Virus record (IMG/VR): IMGVR_UViG_3300046534_001361
Location: 12,280 to 76,279 of that record
DNA: 64,000 bases
Direction: 5' to 3' (one strand)
Source: a virus
Below the pieces are notes generated by a model. That model made no database searches and was not told the origin of the DNA. It saw nothing but the letters and a program-made list of their open reading frames with translations. Position 1 is the stretch's first letter, and the number at the start of each line of letters is the position of its first letter. The position numbers were made by a program, and so were the translations under genes. This document shows positions 38,924-49,879 of this stretch, one piece after another.

Positions 38924-39880
38924 CTAATTCAAATCATCAATATGCAAATCATAATCTGCAATCGCAATTGAAATCAAAAACTCGAAATATGAATTCATGT
39001 TTTTAAATTTCGTTTGTTTTTCATACCCTTTATCAAAAACCTCTCTCGTTGCCCGGGCAATTTTGTAACTAGCAGTTTTAAGCTTATTTATCAAAACAAA
39101 CTGATCAACTTCGGTCTCCGGTATTGTACATACCGCTCCATTTTGCAACTGGTATTTTAGAATTCCATCTTTGACACCAAGCGATTTGCAATTGTTCCCT
39201 GAAATCTTCATTTTTCGATCAAGTTTTCTAATTTCATCAGCTAAACAATAGCTAACCACAAACTCACTGAGTCGACTATCAACCAATTTGTCTGTATAAA
39301 TTTTGTCACCAATATGCAGCAAAATTTCAGCGTGTTCTATAGCCGTGTACTTTTTTCTTCCGTTTTTAACACCTAAATAGTGAGCGTCGAATGACGCTTT
39401 TAACTGACTGGTTACGCGCATTTGAATCATTACGCCCCCGCCTATCACTAGCCTGTTCGTTCGATTGCCACTGTTAACTCGATTGTCACTCAAGGTAATT
39501 GTAGATAAATTAGCGGCTGAAAGGTAAATACTATCGACGCCAACCGCCCCCTGATAACTTAAAAACCCGTCATTTAGAGATATTACATTGTAAAATTGAT
39601 TGCTAATTTTGAATTTTCTGCCAGGTTTCGATAACGCAGATAATTTACTACTGTTATTACCGTTGGTAGATCGACCGTTTAAAAATATTTTTTCGATATT
39701 GTCTGATAGACATATTTTTTTTACTGCCGTTTCATTTTCAACCTTATAGCTCAATATTCCGCCTACAACGCCCATACTAATAGCATCCTGCCCGGCGAAC
39801 TGAATTAGCGTACCTTCTTTTGATATTTTTCTGCACTTTCTTCGAAGCGCGATATACTGTGGTGTTTGTCTCATAAACAT
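38924..39880 (-). CDS. Hypothetical protein with internal repeated beta-modules
   Basis: 318 aa; recurring (S/L)xGVxxGILxY segments. Confidence 0.6.
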   Translation of the reverse strand: MFMRQTPQYIALRRKCRKISKEGTLIQFAGQDAISMGVVGGILSYKVENETAVKKICLSDNIEKIFLNGRSTNGNNSSKLSALSKPGRKFKISNQFYNVISLNDGFLSYQGAVGVDSIYLSAANLSTITLSDNRVNSGNRTNRLVIGGGVMIQMRVTSQLKASFDAHYLGVKNGRKKYTAIEHAEILLHIGDKIYTDKLVDSRLSEFVVSYCLADEIRKLDRKMKISGNNCKSLGVKDGILKYQLQNGAVCTIPETEVDQFVLINKLKTASYKIARATREVFDKGYEKQTKFKNMNSYFEFLISIAIADYDLHIDDLN

Positions 39881-39938
39881 GCCTGATTGATTGATGAACT
39901 TAATTGATTTTAAATAAATTAACCGAATGGTGCAAGGT

Positions 39939-40547
39939 TTATAATATTAATCTCAGTTTTTCCCTAAATAAAACCCTGATATCGCTTAAGGATTCTATCG
40001 TATAAGTTACTTTTTCATGCCGCTTTTTATCCAGATCATCGACAGCCTGTTGACCAATTTTCTTTATCAAATTTGGCGTGTACTCGCCTGAATCACCACC
40101 GTTGTACATGTTGCAGTCTGCGCGTTGACCGTGGATATTATTTTCATCGTATCTTATCGATGGATTATTGCCAGACTCCCAAAAGTGACCCGCTTGGTAA
40201 TTTTCACCCATGGGTTTGTTGCAGCAAATACACAAATCAAACTTGTCCCTTTCTCTTATGAATTCATGAACAACTTTTTTTGTGTTTTTTTCCGCTGCCT
40301 TTAACAACTGCGAGTTTGATTTTTTCTCATTTTTCGGTGTTCTTTTTTTGTTTGGGTGTATTACACTTTGGTAATGCAATGATGCTTTTTTGATTTCATT
40401 CATTTTTATTTTTTCAAGCGCCGCTTTAGCATTGCAACTCATAGAGCATCTATTTTTCATAAACGCTGGGTCTTTTCCGTGAGTGTATTTATATTCAACT
40501 TTACACTCTAAACAATTTACAGCTCTTTCACGGGCCATTAAAACCAC
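39939..40547 (-). CDS. ninG: NinG/Rap-like endonuclease
   Basis: FIRERD...CICC...QAGHF...IRYDENNIHGQ...CN...NLIKKIG. Confidence 0.85.
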   Translation of the reverse strand: MVLMARERAVNCLECKVEYKYTHGKDPAFMKNRCSMSCNAKAALEKIKMNEIKKASLHYQSVIHPNKKRTPKNEKKSNSQLLKAAEKNTKKVVHEFIRERDKFDLCICCNKPMGENYQAGHFWESGNNPSIRYDENNIHGQRADCNMYNGGDSGEYTPNLIKKIGQQAVDDLDKKRHEKVTYTIESLSDIRVLFREKLRLIL

Positions 40548-40978
40548 CTCAAAAGTTCATTTATTAAATGCTCATCTGTACTATCATCAAATACAATGTT
40601 AAGCGCAGCATTTACGGCCCTAGCATAAAACTCTTGCCGTTCTTCTGTAGGCATTTTTTCGTAAGAAATAGACCTCGGAATAAATTTAAAAAACTTACCA
40701 TTTCTATCAAACGTCGGGTCACAATGACCGGCCGCGATAGTGATCACTTCACGAACGATGCTAAGTTGCACGGGGTTTTTATGTTCATCCACCCCACCAT
40801 AATAATGGTCTGTACAGTATGAAAAAAATGCAAATATTTTGCGGTGTAACCCATAGTTTTGTTCTAATTTCACATCGCAACTATAAGTCTCGTTAAATTT
40901 AATTTTCTTCATTAAATCCTGGCTTTTCTCGTCCGCAGGATAAAAGCCAGTTTTATTTTTTACGAGGTGTATTTTCAT
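40538..40978 (-). CDS. DUF1367/NinB-like protein
   Basis: NYGLHRKIFAF, ITIAAGH, PRSISYEKM..EER.EFY. Confidence 0.8.
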   Translation of the reverse strand: MKIHLVKNKTGFYPADEKSQDLMKKIKFNETYSCDVKLEQNYGLHRKIFAFFSYCTDHYYGGVDEHKNPVQLSIVREVITIAAGHCDPTFDRNGKFFKFIPRSISYEKMPTEERQEFYARAVNAALNIVFDDSTDEHLINELLRWF

Positions 40979-41856
40979 TTAATCCAGTATGTACCCGCAT
41001 TGCGCCCCTGCCTTGGGTTTTTTCCAACCTGTCCCTCTTCATACATTTCATTCAGTCCGCCTAAAATTGATGCAGTCGAAAAGGAGCATTTAGGGTGAGC
41101 TGATATTTCGCTAGCCGTTAAATGCCGCCTAAGCTCTTTCATAATCAAGGTAATTATTGATCTCCTTCTCCCTGATGTTTTTTTTGAATCTGAATTCATT
41201 TTTGATTTTCGTTTTTTTGTTTGTTTCGTTGCGTTGCTACTTTTGATACCTTGGTATGCTAATTCTAAAATAGTCATGTTTTCACTGCCTGTTTTATTGT
41301 TTATGTTTATTGAATTTTGGACTTGATTACCGAAAACATCCCAGCCAGGTTTGCTATGCCGTGCGAACATTTCCAGTTTTCTCACATTTGGCCCGTACCT
41401 AACTACAATTTGTTTTCTGAAAAAGTTAGGCTTTTCAGAATGTACCCCGGTGTGTGGGATCTTATAGCTAGTATACTGGTTTCTTTTTTTGCCCTCGCGA
41501 TACAGGGAGCAAACACTACCCCGGCCAAAAAGCAGTATATACTCGCAATCGGTCATACCATGCGGCCCTGGCGTTCCGTGCCGTTTTTGCCTTTTAGTTG
41601 ACTTGACCCAAACTTTATCTAATCGTATGAATTTAAACCCCCATGCGTTGCCAACGTTTTTGGCCTCTTGAATGAAAGCACCTGTTACCCACATATGCAA
41701 CGCGCAGTTATCAGCTGTTAACGCGTTAACGTCCATCATACACAGCTCTTTTATTGACATGGTTTGGTAAATCAACTCGCAAAATTTACCACCGACAGGA
41801 CCGCCTGATGTATATTTCCAAGCTGGATCACAATAGATAACATCGTACTCGTTCAT
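40975..41856 (-). CDS. MT-A70-family adenine methyltransferase fused to a winged-helix domain
   Basis: YDVIYCDPAWKY, HSEKP, KLEMFAR, GWDVFGNQ; extra ~100-aa basic wHTH-like C-terminus. Confidence 0.85.
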   Translation of the reverse strand: MNEYDVIYCDPAWKYTSGGPVGGKFCELIYQTMSIKELCMMDVNALTADNCALHMWVTGAFIQEAKNVGNAWGFKFIRLDKVWVKSTKRQKRHGTPGPHGMTDCEYILLFGRGSVCSLYREGKKRNQYTSYKIPHTGVHSEKPNFFRKQIVVRYGPNVRKLEMFARHSKPGWDVFGNQVQNSININNKTGSENMTILELAYQGIKSSNATKQTKKRKSKMNSDSKKTSGRRRSIITLIMKELRRHLTASEISAHPKCSFSTASILGGLNEMYEEGQVGKNPRQGRNAGTYWIK

Positions 41857-42081
41857 AATTCACCTGATTATTTTTAATAATTGAAGTGCTAATGCTATCA
41901 TATTATGTGCAAATAGTAAACCTATTATGTTTAATCAGTTTAATTGCGCTGGTCGGTATTGTTATCATCAAACGAGTTGACAATAGTATGAATGGCAATA
42001 ACGGCAACCGCAATCAACAGTAAAGCAGCTAAAGTTCTCATGGCGCACCGCAAGGGTTCAATATTTTCATTATGGATGACA

Positions 42082-42142
42082 CCTCTGTTTAATTTAGTTT
42101 GCCCGGGGATTAAATAGCCGGGCTTGTGGTCGATCGGTTTTG

Positions 42143-42145
<3 letters not shown>
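42082..42145 (-). repeat. Cassette element, stem-loop half
   Basis: AACCGATCGACCACAAGCCCGGCTATTTAATCCCCGGGCAAACTAAATTAAAC. Confidence 0.8.
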
Positions 42146-42667
<522 letters not shown>

Positions 42668-42820
42668 TTTCGATCTCGCTCTATTTTAGTGGTGGGTTGT
42701 GGCGTCTTGCCGATGAATTGATATTAACACATTCAAAGCAGACTGAAGATTTTAAATCTAATTAGTTTAAATTAAGTTTACCCGGCTATTAGATGGCCGG
42801 GATCGTGGTTGCTCCGTTTA
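42668..42820 (-). repeat. Cassette element, full copy
   Basis: Stem-loop CCCGGC-CATCTAATA-GCCGGG, degenerate -35, TGTGT-TAATAT; leader identical to the one at 43415-43478. Confidence 0.9.
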
Positions 42821-43414
42821 TTCTGAAAACATCTTCATGAGTGAAGCTTGAACCACTTCATTTGATTCCGCATAAGCAGCAGTATAAGCAGCAGCATAAG
42901 CATCATCAGCATAGATAGCAGCATCATTAGCATTAGCATGAGCAGCAGCATAAGCAGCAGCATAAGCAGCATAAACAGCAGAAACAGCAGCATCAGCAGC
43001 ACAATAAGCAGGAGAAGCTACATAAGCAGCAGAAGCAGCATAAGCAGCAGCATCATAAGCAGCATCACAGACTTTCAATCTATTCACCTCGGATGGTTCC
43101 GATATCCAATCCTTAGCCGATTGGATCGCAGCATTAGCTCTGGGATCGGTGTGTAGATGCGACACACTTTCAGCGCATTCAACGGCGAACTGCACTATCC
43201 TGTGCTTTGGCAGGGTTTTACCGGCCAACCACAGAAAATCAGCCGTGGTATTTTTGCCACCGATCAAACTAAAAATCTCAACGGGTTGATCGGTGTTGCC
43301 GGTTTGTGCGATAAATCGATCAAAACCCGGCTTACACGCACCGAGATCTACTAATTGTTTTTTCGTAATTGTTGGTGCTGGTGCTGGTGCTGGTATTGGT
43401 ATTGGTGCTTTCAT
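42818..43414 (-). CDS. Family A copy 6
   Basis: Same core; N-terminal IP/AP 6-bp repeat expansion. Confidence 0.85.
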   Translation of the reverse strand: MKAPIPIPAPAPAPTITKKQLVDLGACKPGFDRFIAQTGNTDQPVEIFSLIGGKNTTADFLWLAGKTLPKHRIVQFAVECAESVSHLHTDPRANAAIQSAKDWISEPSEVNRLKVCDAAYDAAAYAASAAYVASPAYCAADAAVSAVYAAYAAAYAAAHANANDAAIYADDAYAAAYTAAYAESNEVVQASLMKMFSE

Positions 43415-43517
43415 TTTCGATCTCGCTCTATTTTAGTGGTGGGTTGTGGCGTCTTGCCGATGAATTGATATTAACACACTGGCGGCAGGGTGCAACTTTT
43501 AAATCAAATAAGTTTAA
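43415..43517 (-). promoter_or_regulatory. Cassette element, promoter/leader half
   Basis: TTGCAC-N16-TAATAT immediately after the dnaB stop. Confidence 0.85.
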
Positions 43518-44882
43518 TTAAGTAGAATACTTACGGGGTTCATTTTGCTCAACTATCGGCACAGGGCGATCTGTAGAAACAAATTTACTCCGACTCAAAT
43601 GACTTTCCAGAACATCAGATCCCACTTCACCCATTCGCACTTTTCCAGAAATTATTTTAGCCAACATGCCGTCCTCATTTTCTTTCCCGTATTCGTCCCG
43701 ATGAATTAGCATGATCCAATCCGCAGTTTGCTCTATTGCACTAGCACCAAATAACTCGGATATTTTAGGCTCACCTATGCCTGATCTGTTCATTTGGGAT
43801 AAAACTATAATCGGGCAATTCATCTCTTTTGCTAAGTTTTTAAGCCCCAAAACATTTGATCCAATTTCTTCGGTTTTACTCCTGCCACTACCTGTTATTA
43901 GCTGTAGATAATCAACAAAAATACCGTCAACTTTACCATGTTTTATTTTTTGCATTCTGACTCTCGAATTGATTTGAGCTAGTGATAATCCGCCGCTATC
44001 ATCGAGGTAAAGATTTGAATCATAAAGGTCTGCCATCGCTTTAGATACTAACGTAAATTGAGTATCATCAGACATATAATCCGATCGCTTAACGCTGTTA
44101 ATGCCAATATTTGACATGGAGCTGATCAGTTTATGGCGAATTAAAATGTCAGGCATTTCTAGACTAAAAAACAAAATGTGTTTCTTTTCGTGGATCGCCA
44201 TGCTTTCAAGAATGTTCATAGCAAAAGTTGTTTTTCCCATTGAGGGCAGCCCGCCAATTACAATAAGATCTCCATCTTGGGCACCACCAGATCTTTGATC
44301 AAGATCAGCAAATCCAGTGCTAATACCCGTCAACGCAGAGTCGCTCTGAAATACCTTTTCGGCATGATCAACATATTCGCCCATTTGATCTTTAATGTGC
44401 TTTAATCTGCCTTCATTTTCACTTTCGATTCCAACCCCCGCAACCGCAGCAATTGAATCACTAACGCGCTGTGAAATCATCCCAGAGCCGTTTAATATAT
44501 TTAATGCGTCAATATATCCCTTATGTAGTTTTCTGGCGCTAGAGTAGCTTTGAATGCGCTTTACGTGACCATCTGAGAATATTCTGGGTGAGCTTTTAGC
44601 TATTTCACCCAAATAACCAAACCCACCGATCTGATTAGACTGCCCCAATTCGTCAATATGCTGATTTAAGTTTACTAAATCAAAACTATCACCTTTTCCG
44701 TTAAGATGTACAATTGATGCCATGATCAATCGATTTTTCTCAAAATAAAAATCATCAAATGATAATCCATCAAATGCTATTGCGTTGCTCTCTGTTAGTC
44801 GAGCGTTGTTGATTAAGGAGCCAAGCACAGCAGCTTCAGATTCAGCTGAAAACAAATTGTGTTGTGGATTTAGATTTAGCAT
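43518..44882 (-). CDS. dnaB: Replicative DNA helicase
   Basis: ESEAAVLGSL, GISTGFADLD, GGLPSMGKTT, FSLEM, VDYLQL, LSQMNR. Confidence 0.95.
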   Translation of the reverse strand: MLNLNPQHNLFSAESEAAVLGSLINNARLTESNAIAFDGLSFDDFYFEKNRLIMASIVHLNGKGDSFDLVNLNQHIDELGQSNQIGGFGYLGEIAKSSPRIFSDGHVKRIQSYSSARKLHKGYIDALNILNGSGMISQRVSDSIAAVAGVGIESENEGRLKHIKDQMGEYVDHAEKVFQSDSALTGISTGFADLDQRSGGAQDGDLIVIGGLPSMGKTTFAMNILESMAIHEKKHILFFSLEMPDILIRHKLISSMSNIGINSVKRSDYMSDDTQFTLVSKAMADLYDSNLYLDDSGGLSLAQINSRVRMQKIKHGKVDGIFVDYLQLITGSGRSKTEEIGSNVLGLKNLAKEMNCPIIVLSQMNRSGIGEPKISELFGASAIEQTADWIMLIHRDEYGKENEDGMLAKIISGKVRMGEVGSDVLESHLSRSKFVSTDRPVPIVEQNEPRKYST

Positions 44883-45643
44883 CGAAGAGATCCCCAATCG
44901 AAAGCAATTTCAAAACCGCCGTCTTGTTTTAACCGGTCCATGCATCGCTCACCGATCACGGCGGAAACGGATTCACGGGTTAAATTGCTAATCAGGATCG
45001 TAGGTCGTCGTTGTTGGTAGCGATTGTCGATAACATCAAAGATAAACATTTTTTCAGTGTCGGTCCCACGCTGTACGCCGATCTCGTCAATAACCAATAA
45101 ATCTAAATTACTGTAGTGATCGATAATATCAGACTCTTCGAATTCAGATGATTTACTCCATGACCCTTTGAGCTTGCGGATCATATCCATGAGTTTAACG
45201 ATCTCGCAATTGTGATTATCAACTAGCGATTCAACGATGCACGATGCCAATAACGTTTTACCGGTACCAACTGATCCGATCATTAACATGTTACTGACAT
45301 CAGGGAAGTTAAATAAAAAACAATTTACGGCGTTTACGGCAATGAACTGATTGTTTGTTGTCACAGGAAAATTGTTAATGTCGTTACCAATAAATCTTGG
45401 TGAGATACCGGCATTGACGCATTTCTTGTTATGACGTTCACATACGAGTTTTGATCTTACACCTTGCATGTGAATTTGATTTTCTTCGGAAATCCTGTCA
45501 GATGCGCATTTTGGACATGTCTCAGAGTGTACATATCTCAGTGAAAATCCAGCCCCGACTTGTATATAAGTTGGTTTGAAATCCCCGTGAATATTGCACC
45601 GTATCGGGATAATGTTTTTTGGCATTGTAGTTGACTCGATCAT
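44876..45643 (-). CDS. DnaC/IstB-like helicase loader ATPase
   Basis: N-terminal C..H..CPKC; GSVGTGKT, LLVIDEIG, IDNRYQ, PTILISNL, DRL. Confidence 0.9.
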   Translation of the reverse strand: MIESTTMPKNIIPIRCNIHGDFKPTYIQVGAGFSLRYVHSETCPKCASDRISEENQIHMQGVRSKLVCERHNKKCVNAGISPRFIGNDINNFPVTTNNQFIAVNAVNCFLFNFPDVSNMLMIGSVGTGKTLLASCIVESLVDNHNCEIVKLMDMIRKLKGSWSKSSEFEESDIIDHYSNLDLLVIDEIGVQRGTDTEKMFIFDVIDNRYQQRRPTILISNLTRESVSAVIGERCMDRLKQDGGFEIAFDWGSLRC

Positions 45644-46428
45644 AATTTACCGCCCTGAAATGGCCCTGTTGCCATTTTCATGTTCATTGGTGTTGATTGC
45701 TGGCTTTGCGTGAATTTCTGATTGGCAGTGTTTCTGCCAATAAATTCCTCAACTTTACCGGCGTTCCTAAATATCAGATCAATTGAGTTGAAAACCGTTC
45801 CAGAATCATTTTTACCCATGTGATAATCAGATTTTTTACAGCCTCTGATTGCCTCGATCAGCTGATCAGGGGTAAAACCCTCTTTCAATCGGGCCTCAAT
45901 TTTTGATCTCCGATCTTTGGTTAGTTTGGAACTGCTCTTGCCCATAATTTCTTGCCAGCGGCTAAAGACAAATTCACAGTCAGTTTTAATAACAATTTTT
46001 AATTCCTCAATAGTGTTCGGATCACTTTTAAGTTCATTGTTAAGTTCATTGTTAGGATCGTCCGCAGATTCTGCGGGGGTGTGGTGCAGATTCTGCGGGG
46101 GTGTGGTGCAGATTCTGCGGGGGTGTGGTGCAGATTCTGCGGGGGTTGGCTGATCGTGCAGCTCGATCTCAATGCTTTTTAATGTGTAAATACTACTTGT
46201 TCCAGCACGTTCTTTGATGTTTAAAAAGCCGTCTTTTTCCAGTGTTTTTACATGGCCTTGGAATGCCCTTTCAGACATCGAACAGTTGCCAGCCATTTTA
46301 GGTATCGAGTACCAACTAACGCCGTCGTCGTTTGAATTATTAGCTAGCTGCAATAGAGTTAATTTTAATGGAGCTTTTTTTATTTCTTGTTCCCACGCCC
46401 AAAAAGTCCATTTAGCTGACATTGGCAT
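45640..46428 (-). CDS. Replication initiator (N-terminal wHTH, lambda O-like organisation)
   Basis: KLTLLQLANNSNDDGVSW..IPKMA..CSMSER; internal iterons; precedes dnaC/dnaB. Confidence 0.85.
   Translation of the reverse strand: MPMSAKWTFWAWEQEIKKAPLKLTLLQLANNSNDDGVSWYSIPKMAGNCSMSERAFQGHVKTLEKDGFLNIKERAGTSSIYTLKSIEIELHDQPTPAESAPHPRRICTTPPQNLHHTPAESADDPNNELNNELKSDPNTIEELKIVIKTDCEFVFSRWQEIMGKSSSKLTKDRRSKIEARLKEGFTPDQLIEAIRGCKKSDYHMGKNDSGTVFNSIDLIFRNAGKVEEFIGRNTANQKFTQSQQSTPMNMKMATGPFQGGKL
46064..46145. repeat. Probable origin iterons: four GCAGATTCTGC at 22-bp period
   Basis: Unit GCAGATTCTGCGGGGGTGTGGT at 46064, 46086, 46108, 46130 inside the initiator gene; AT-rich 12-bp duplication adjacent. 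Confidence 0.85.
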
Positions 46429-47050
46429 TTCCTTCTTCGTAGCCTGTGGATTTTAATATAGCCAATCTGACCGCCTCATCATTGTTGTTAAGAACATCCG
46501 CAAGCAGCGCTATGTCATTATGCAGTTTACTTCTTAATTTTAACTGCATAACAGTGGCCTCTTCCCAACAAGTAACTCCGCAAGCCAGTTTTATTTTTGA
46601 GGCTACGCTTGTTATTGTTTTTGGGAAATCTGTTTTTCTTGTTTCCCTGACAAAAAGCGCACCGCACATTTTCTTGTAACTGTCCCCACTTTCATTTCGA
46701 TGCTTAATAAGGCTATCAAATATCCATTCATAAGTTTCAATTTTTAACTTGGGGCTAATGGCTAGCGCCATGTCAATAAATAAAAGTGGGTGTAGCCAAG
46801 TGTGGGCGCCTCTGCCTCGCGCTGATTTTTTCACTTTGTCCTTACCAAACTTTATTTGAAGCTCAGATACAAACTCCTTAGTGCCCTTGTTTTGTAACCA
46901 AGCCTTCATCACAAAAAGCGGCATTGAATTTACTGCCCGCCAAGAATTGCCAAGCTTAACTAAGTCGGTTGCGCTAAACATCTCTGTTTTGCTGTGCTGC
47001 GTTATATGTCCGCCTAGTAGCGGTCTTTGCATTAGTGTTACTGTCTTCAT
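46412..47050 (-). CDS. KilA-N domain protein
   Basis: FSATDL...WLQNKGTKEFV..L...RGRGAHTWLHPLLFIDMALAISPKLK. Confidence 0.85.
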   Translation of the reverse strand: MKTVTLMQRPLLGGHITQHSKTEMFSATDLVKLGNSWRAVNSMPLFVMKAWLQNKGTKEFVSELQIKFGKDKVKKSARGRGAHTWLHPLLFIDMALAISPKLKIETYEWIFDSLIKHRNESGDSYKKMCGALFVRETRKTDFPKTITSVASKIKLACGVTCWEEATVMQLKLRSKLHNDIALLADVLNNNDEAVRLAILKSTGYEEGNANVS

Positions 47051-47290
47051 GAATACTCACTTAGGGGTTGTTAATATCCTTAATAATATCACCCTTTTAT
47101 TAAACCGTCAATAATATTGAGGATTTATAGGCGGGTTTATTTTTAATGAAATTTAACACTCTATTATTTTGACGTGCTTACTTTTGCTAGGGGGTTTTTA
47201 TTGGGAGTAATTCAATCAGGGGTCGATATTTTAATTACAAGGATCTTTAATATTAAACCTGAGTTTAATATTAAAGATTTCATTTTAGCC

Positions 47291-47545
47291 TTACTGGTTA
47301 ATCAATGATCCTTGACTCGCCAATCGCTCTAAAACATCAACAAACCCGCGCATACATTCAACATTACCGATCATTTTATCAACGCTAAACTTATCAATAA
47401 TGTCTTGCTCTAAATAACCTGCACCGCCATTTTTAAACAGTAACGTATCACCCTCGTAAATAGGATTGCCGCGCGAGTCTATTAATGTTGTATTCCGTTT
47501 CATTTCTAATAATTGTTCAAGCTCACTTTCTGGTAAATTATTCAT
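47291..47545 (-). CDS. Hypothetical protein (YopX-like fragment)
   Basis: DSRGNPIYEGDTL...IGNV. Confidence 0.5.
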   Translation of the reverse strand: MNNLPESELEQLLEMKRNTTLIDSRGNPIYEGDTLLFKNGGAGYLEQDIIDKFSVDKMIGNVECMRGFVDVLERLASQGSLINQ

Positions 47546-47548
47546 GAT

Positions 47549-47794
47549 TTACCCCTCGATCTTATCAGTGTTATTGCTCAAAACTCTGGTATAAATAACT
47601 TTCCTATTTACCTGAATTTCAATCTCAAGACCCAGATCCTCAAGAATTCTTTTTGTTGGGTTGGCCCTGCCACAGGTTACCGATGAAATAAAGGAAGCTG
47701 ATACACCAAGATGTTTAGCGTACTTACCTTGATTTGAACCGTGGTTGGCAGCAATGTAAATTCTGAGTTCTTTTGCAAAGTTAACTTCTGACAT
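47549..47794 (-). CDS. Cro/XRE-like HTH regulator
   Basis: NQGKYAKHLGVSASFISSVTCGRANPTKRIL; first gene of the replication operon. Confidence 0.8.
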   Translation of the reverse strand: MSEVNFAKELRIYIAANHGSNQGKYAKHLGVSASFISSVTCGRANPTKRILEDLGLEIEIQVNRKVIYTRVLSNNTDKIEG

Positions 47795-47967
47795 ATTTAT
47801 TCCTATTTGGTTTTTATATACCTTAGCATTTAACCAACAAGTTAACCAGATAATTATTTAATTAATTACAAGAAATGAACTAAAATTTAGTTGTGATTGA
47901 GGTTTGACTGTGCTAAGATGGAATCTAAATAAATTGCTACAACGACAATTAAAACAGGTGAAGAACG

Positions 47968-48624
47968 ATGAACAAATTACAAAAAGAAACGGCAATCGAA
48001 CTGATGAAAGGCCACCAGGTTGCTGATCTAATTCAACAGGGAGATTGGTTTAACCCAATTTCCGGCGTAGGCTGCTGTTACGGGTGCATGATGCAAACGG
48101 ATGATAACGCGCTAGAAAAAGCAGCGGTATTTATGGGCGTACCCCTTTGGTTCGTTTATCTGTCAGAAGCTGTGTTCGAGGGATTGCCGGAAGAAGATTC
48201 TATCTTTTTTCCGGTACAATTGCTGCAATTGATCCCGGTCGATACCGATTTAACCCCAGTCCTGCATTTAACGGCAATTGCCCGGTTAACGCCGCTAGCG
48301 GCGTTAACAACGGGTGAAGTGAAATCTTGCATCAATGCGGTGATTGATTTACACAAGGATTGGGAGAATGCAACAATTGAAATGTGGAGGGCCGCGCAGA
48401 AAGCAGCACACAAAGCATGGTTAGAATGTCCAGTGTTTACAGCCGCAGAGTCAGCCGCAAAGTCAGCGGCATATTCGGCGGGATTGTCAGCAGAGTCAGT
48501 ATATTCGGTATGTTCGGGGGCATGGTCAGCACTTTCAGCACTTTCAGCACGGGGTTCAGGAGGCATATCGCCAAGGGAACAGGAGCGGGATAATTTATTT
48601 GCAGCCCTGCGCAGTATCAGTTAA
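47968..48624 (+). CDS. Family B copy 2
   Basis: Near-identical to 6911..7672, inverted; shares the upstream AGGTGAAGAACG RBS. Confidence 0.8.
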   Translation: MNKLQKETAIELMKGHQVADLIQQGDWFNPISGVGCCYGCMMQTDDNALEKAAVFMGVPLWFVYLSEAVFEGLPEEDSIFFPVQLLQLIPVDTDLTPVLHLTAIARLTPLAALTTGEVKSCINAVIDLHKDWENATIEMWRAAQKAAHKAWLECPVFTAAESAAKSAAYSAGLSAESVYSVCSGAWSALSALSARGSGGISPREQERDNLFAALRSIS

Positions 48625-48926
48625 ATCTAAATTAAACAATAAATAAATCTAATTCGGTAATTATAATGTTGGTAAATAATTGGAATGAAGTAGTGTTTTT
48701 ACTTTTGCTGGCTTTTTGTTTTATGATATTTTTTTTATCTCTTTGTGCATGTGCGTACATTTCATATAAGTCATTTCTTGGTGATCATCAATTCACCTGC
48801 CAGGCTGAAAAAAATAGGCAGGGAGACACTGCAATTATAAAGGTGATGATTCTATTTATTGGAACATTTATTTTAAGCCAAATTTAAATATATCATTTTC
48901 TAGCCCCCTACATAAAGGTGATCATC

Positions 48927-49106
48927 ATGGCAACTACATCATTCAACAAAAACTTTGTTGTAACAGATCAAACTAGTATAAAAAACTTAGCAAAAGATCT
49001 TCTTACGCCACATAAAATTGTAATTAATAAACGTGATTATCAAACTGATAAAGTTAAAGGTATCGAACTATTAAAACAACGATTGCTCAGCTTAAAGGCT
49101 TGCTAA
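48927..49106 (+). CDS. Small protein, possible orphan antitoxin
   Basis: MATTSFNKNFVVTD...KGIELLKQ resembles small partners of GNAT toxins (recollection only). Confidence 0.4.
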   Translation: MATTSFNKNFVVTDQTSIKNLAKDLLTPHKIVINKRDYQTDKVKGIELLKQRLLSLKAC

Positions 49107-49566
49107 AAGCATTTAATAAAGAAGTATTTTAAGTTAAACAATAACTCAAAACATAGGGAAATACCTTACTAATGATCAAACGAGACTAAGAACTAATTTG
49201 AGGCGTTGATAAAATGATCGTTTATCCTGGCATCATAGGCACTAGCAAAGGGTCTCGATTATTTTTTAGGTTGCCTGTCTTGAATGACACCTAGTGCGCA
49301 TAAATCATAAACCCGATAACTAATTTGAAATAAATAGATTTAAAAATTGCAGTGTTATATAAGTATCTGTATAGTACGTAATGTAAACTAATATAGTATG
49401 AACAAACTATATTAATTATACAGCATTATATTCCTGCAAATTTCACCTTACGCGAACTTATTAACTTTCAATAAGTCAAAATGTAAAAAACATATACTAC
49501 CAACATGGAAAGCATAAGAACCTTATAGTGGTATGTCATATTTTAAGAATAAATAGAGGATCTAAA

Positions 49567-49860
49567 ATGAAGTCATTCAATAACGCTTTCGAGTTGTTAA
49601 CAGACGATGTCAAAGAGATAGAAAACTACACAATGCGTTCAAACATGATGAATGCGATCGTTGATTTAATTAAGGAGAAAGATTGGACACAAAAAGAAGC
49701 AGCTAAACACTTAGATGTGTCACAGCCGCGCATTAGCAACCTGAAGAACGGGAAAGTAAGTAAGTTTTCAGTTGATATGCTAATAGGGATGTTAGCTAAG
49801 CTAGGTTTTACCTTTGAATTTAACTACACCCCCACAAAGCAAGCCGACATTAATTTATAA
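49567..49860 (+). CDS. XRE/HigA-like HTH protein
   Basis: RSNMMNAI...WTQKEAAKHLDVSQPRISNLKNGKVSKFSVDML. Confidence 0.85.
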   Translation: MKSFNNAFELLTDDVKEIENYTMRSNMMNAIVDLIKEKDWTQKEAAKHLDVSQPRISNLKNGKVSKFSVDMLIGMLAKLGFTFEFNYTPTKQADINL

Positions 49861-49879
49861 GTAAATAACGGGAATTAAC

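Noticed and set aside
46064-46145. 22-bp repeats as a mini-CRISPR or VNTR
   Set aside because: No unique spacers; location inside the initiator gene and two-helical-turn period fit ordinary origin iterons.
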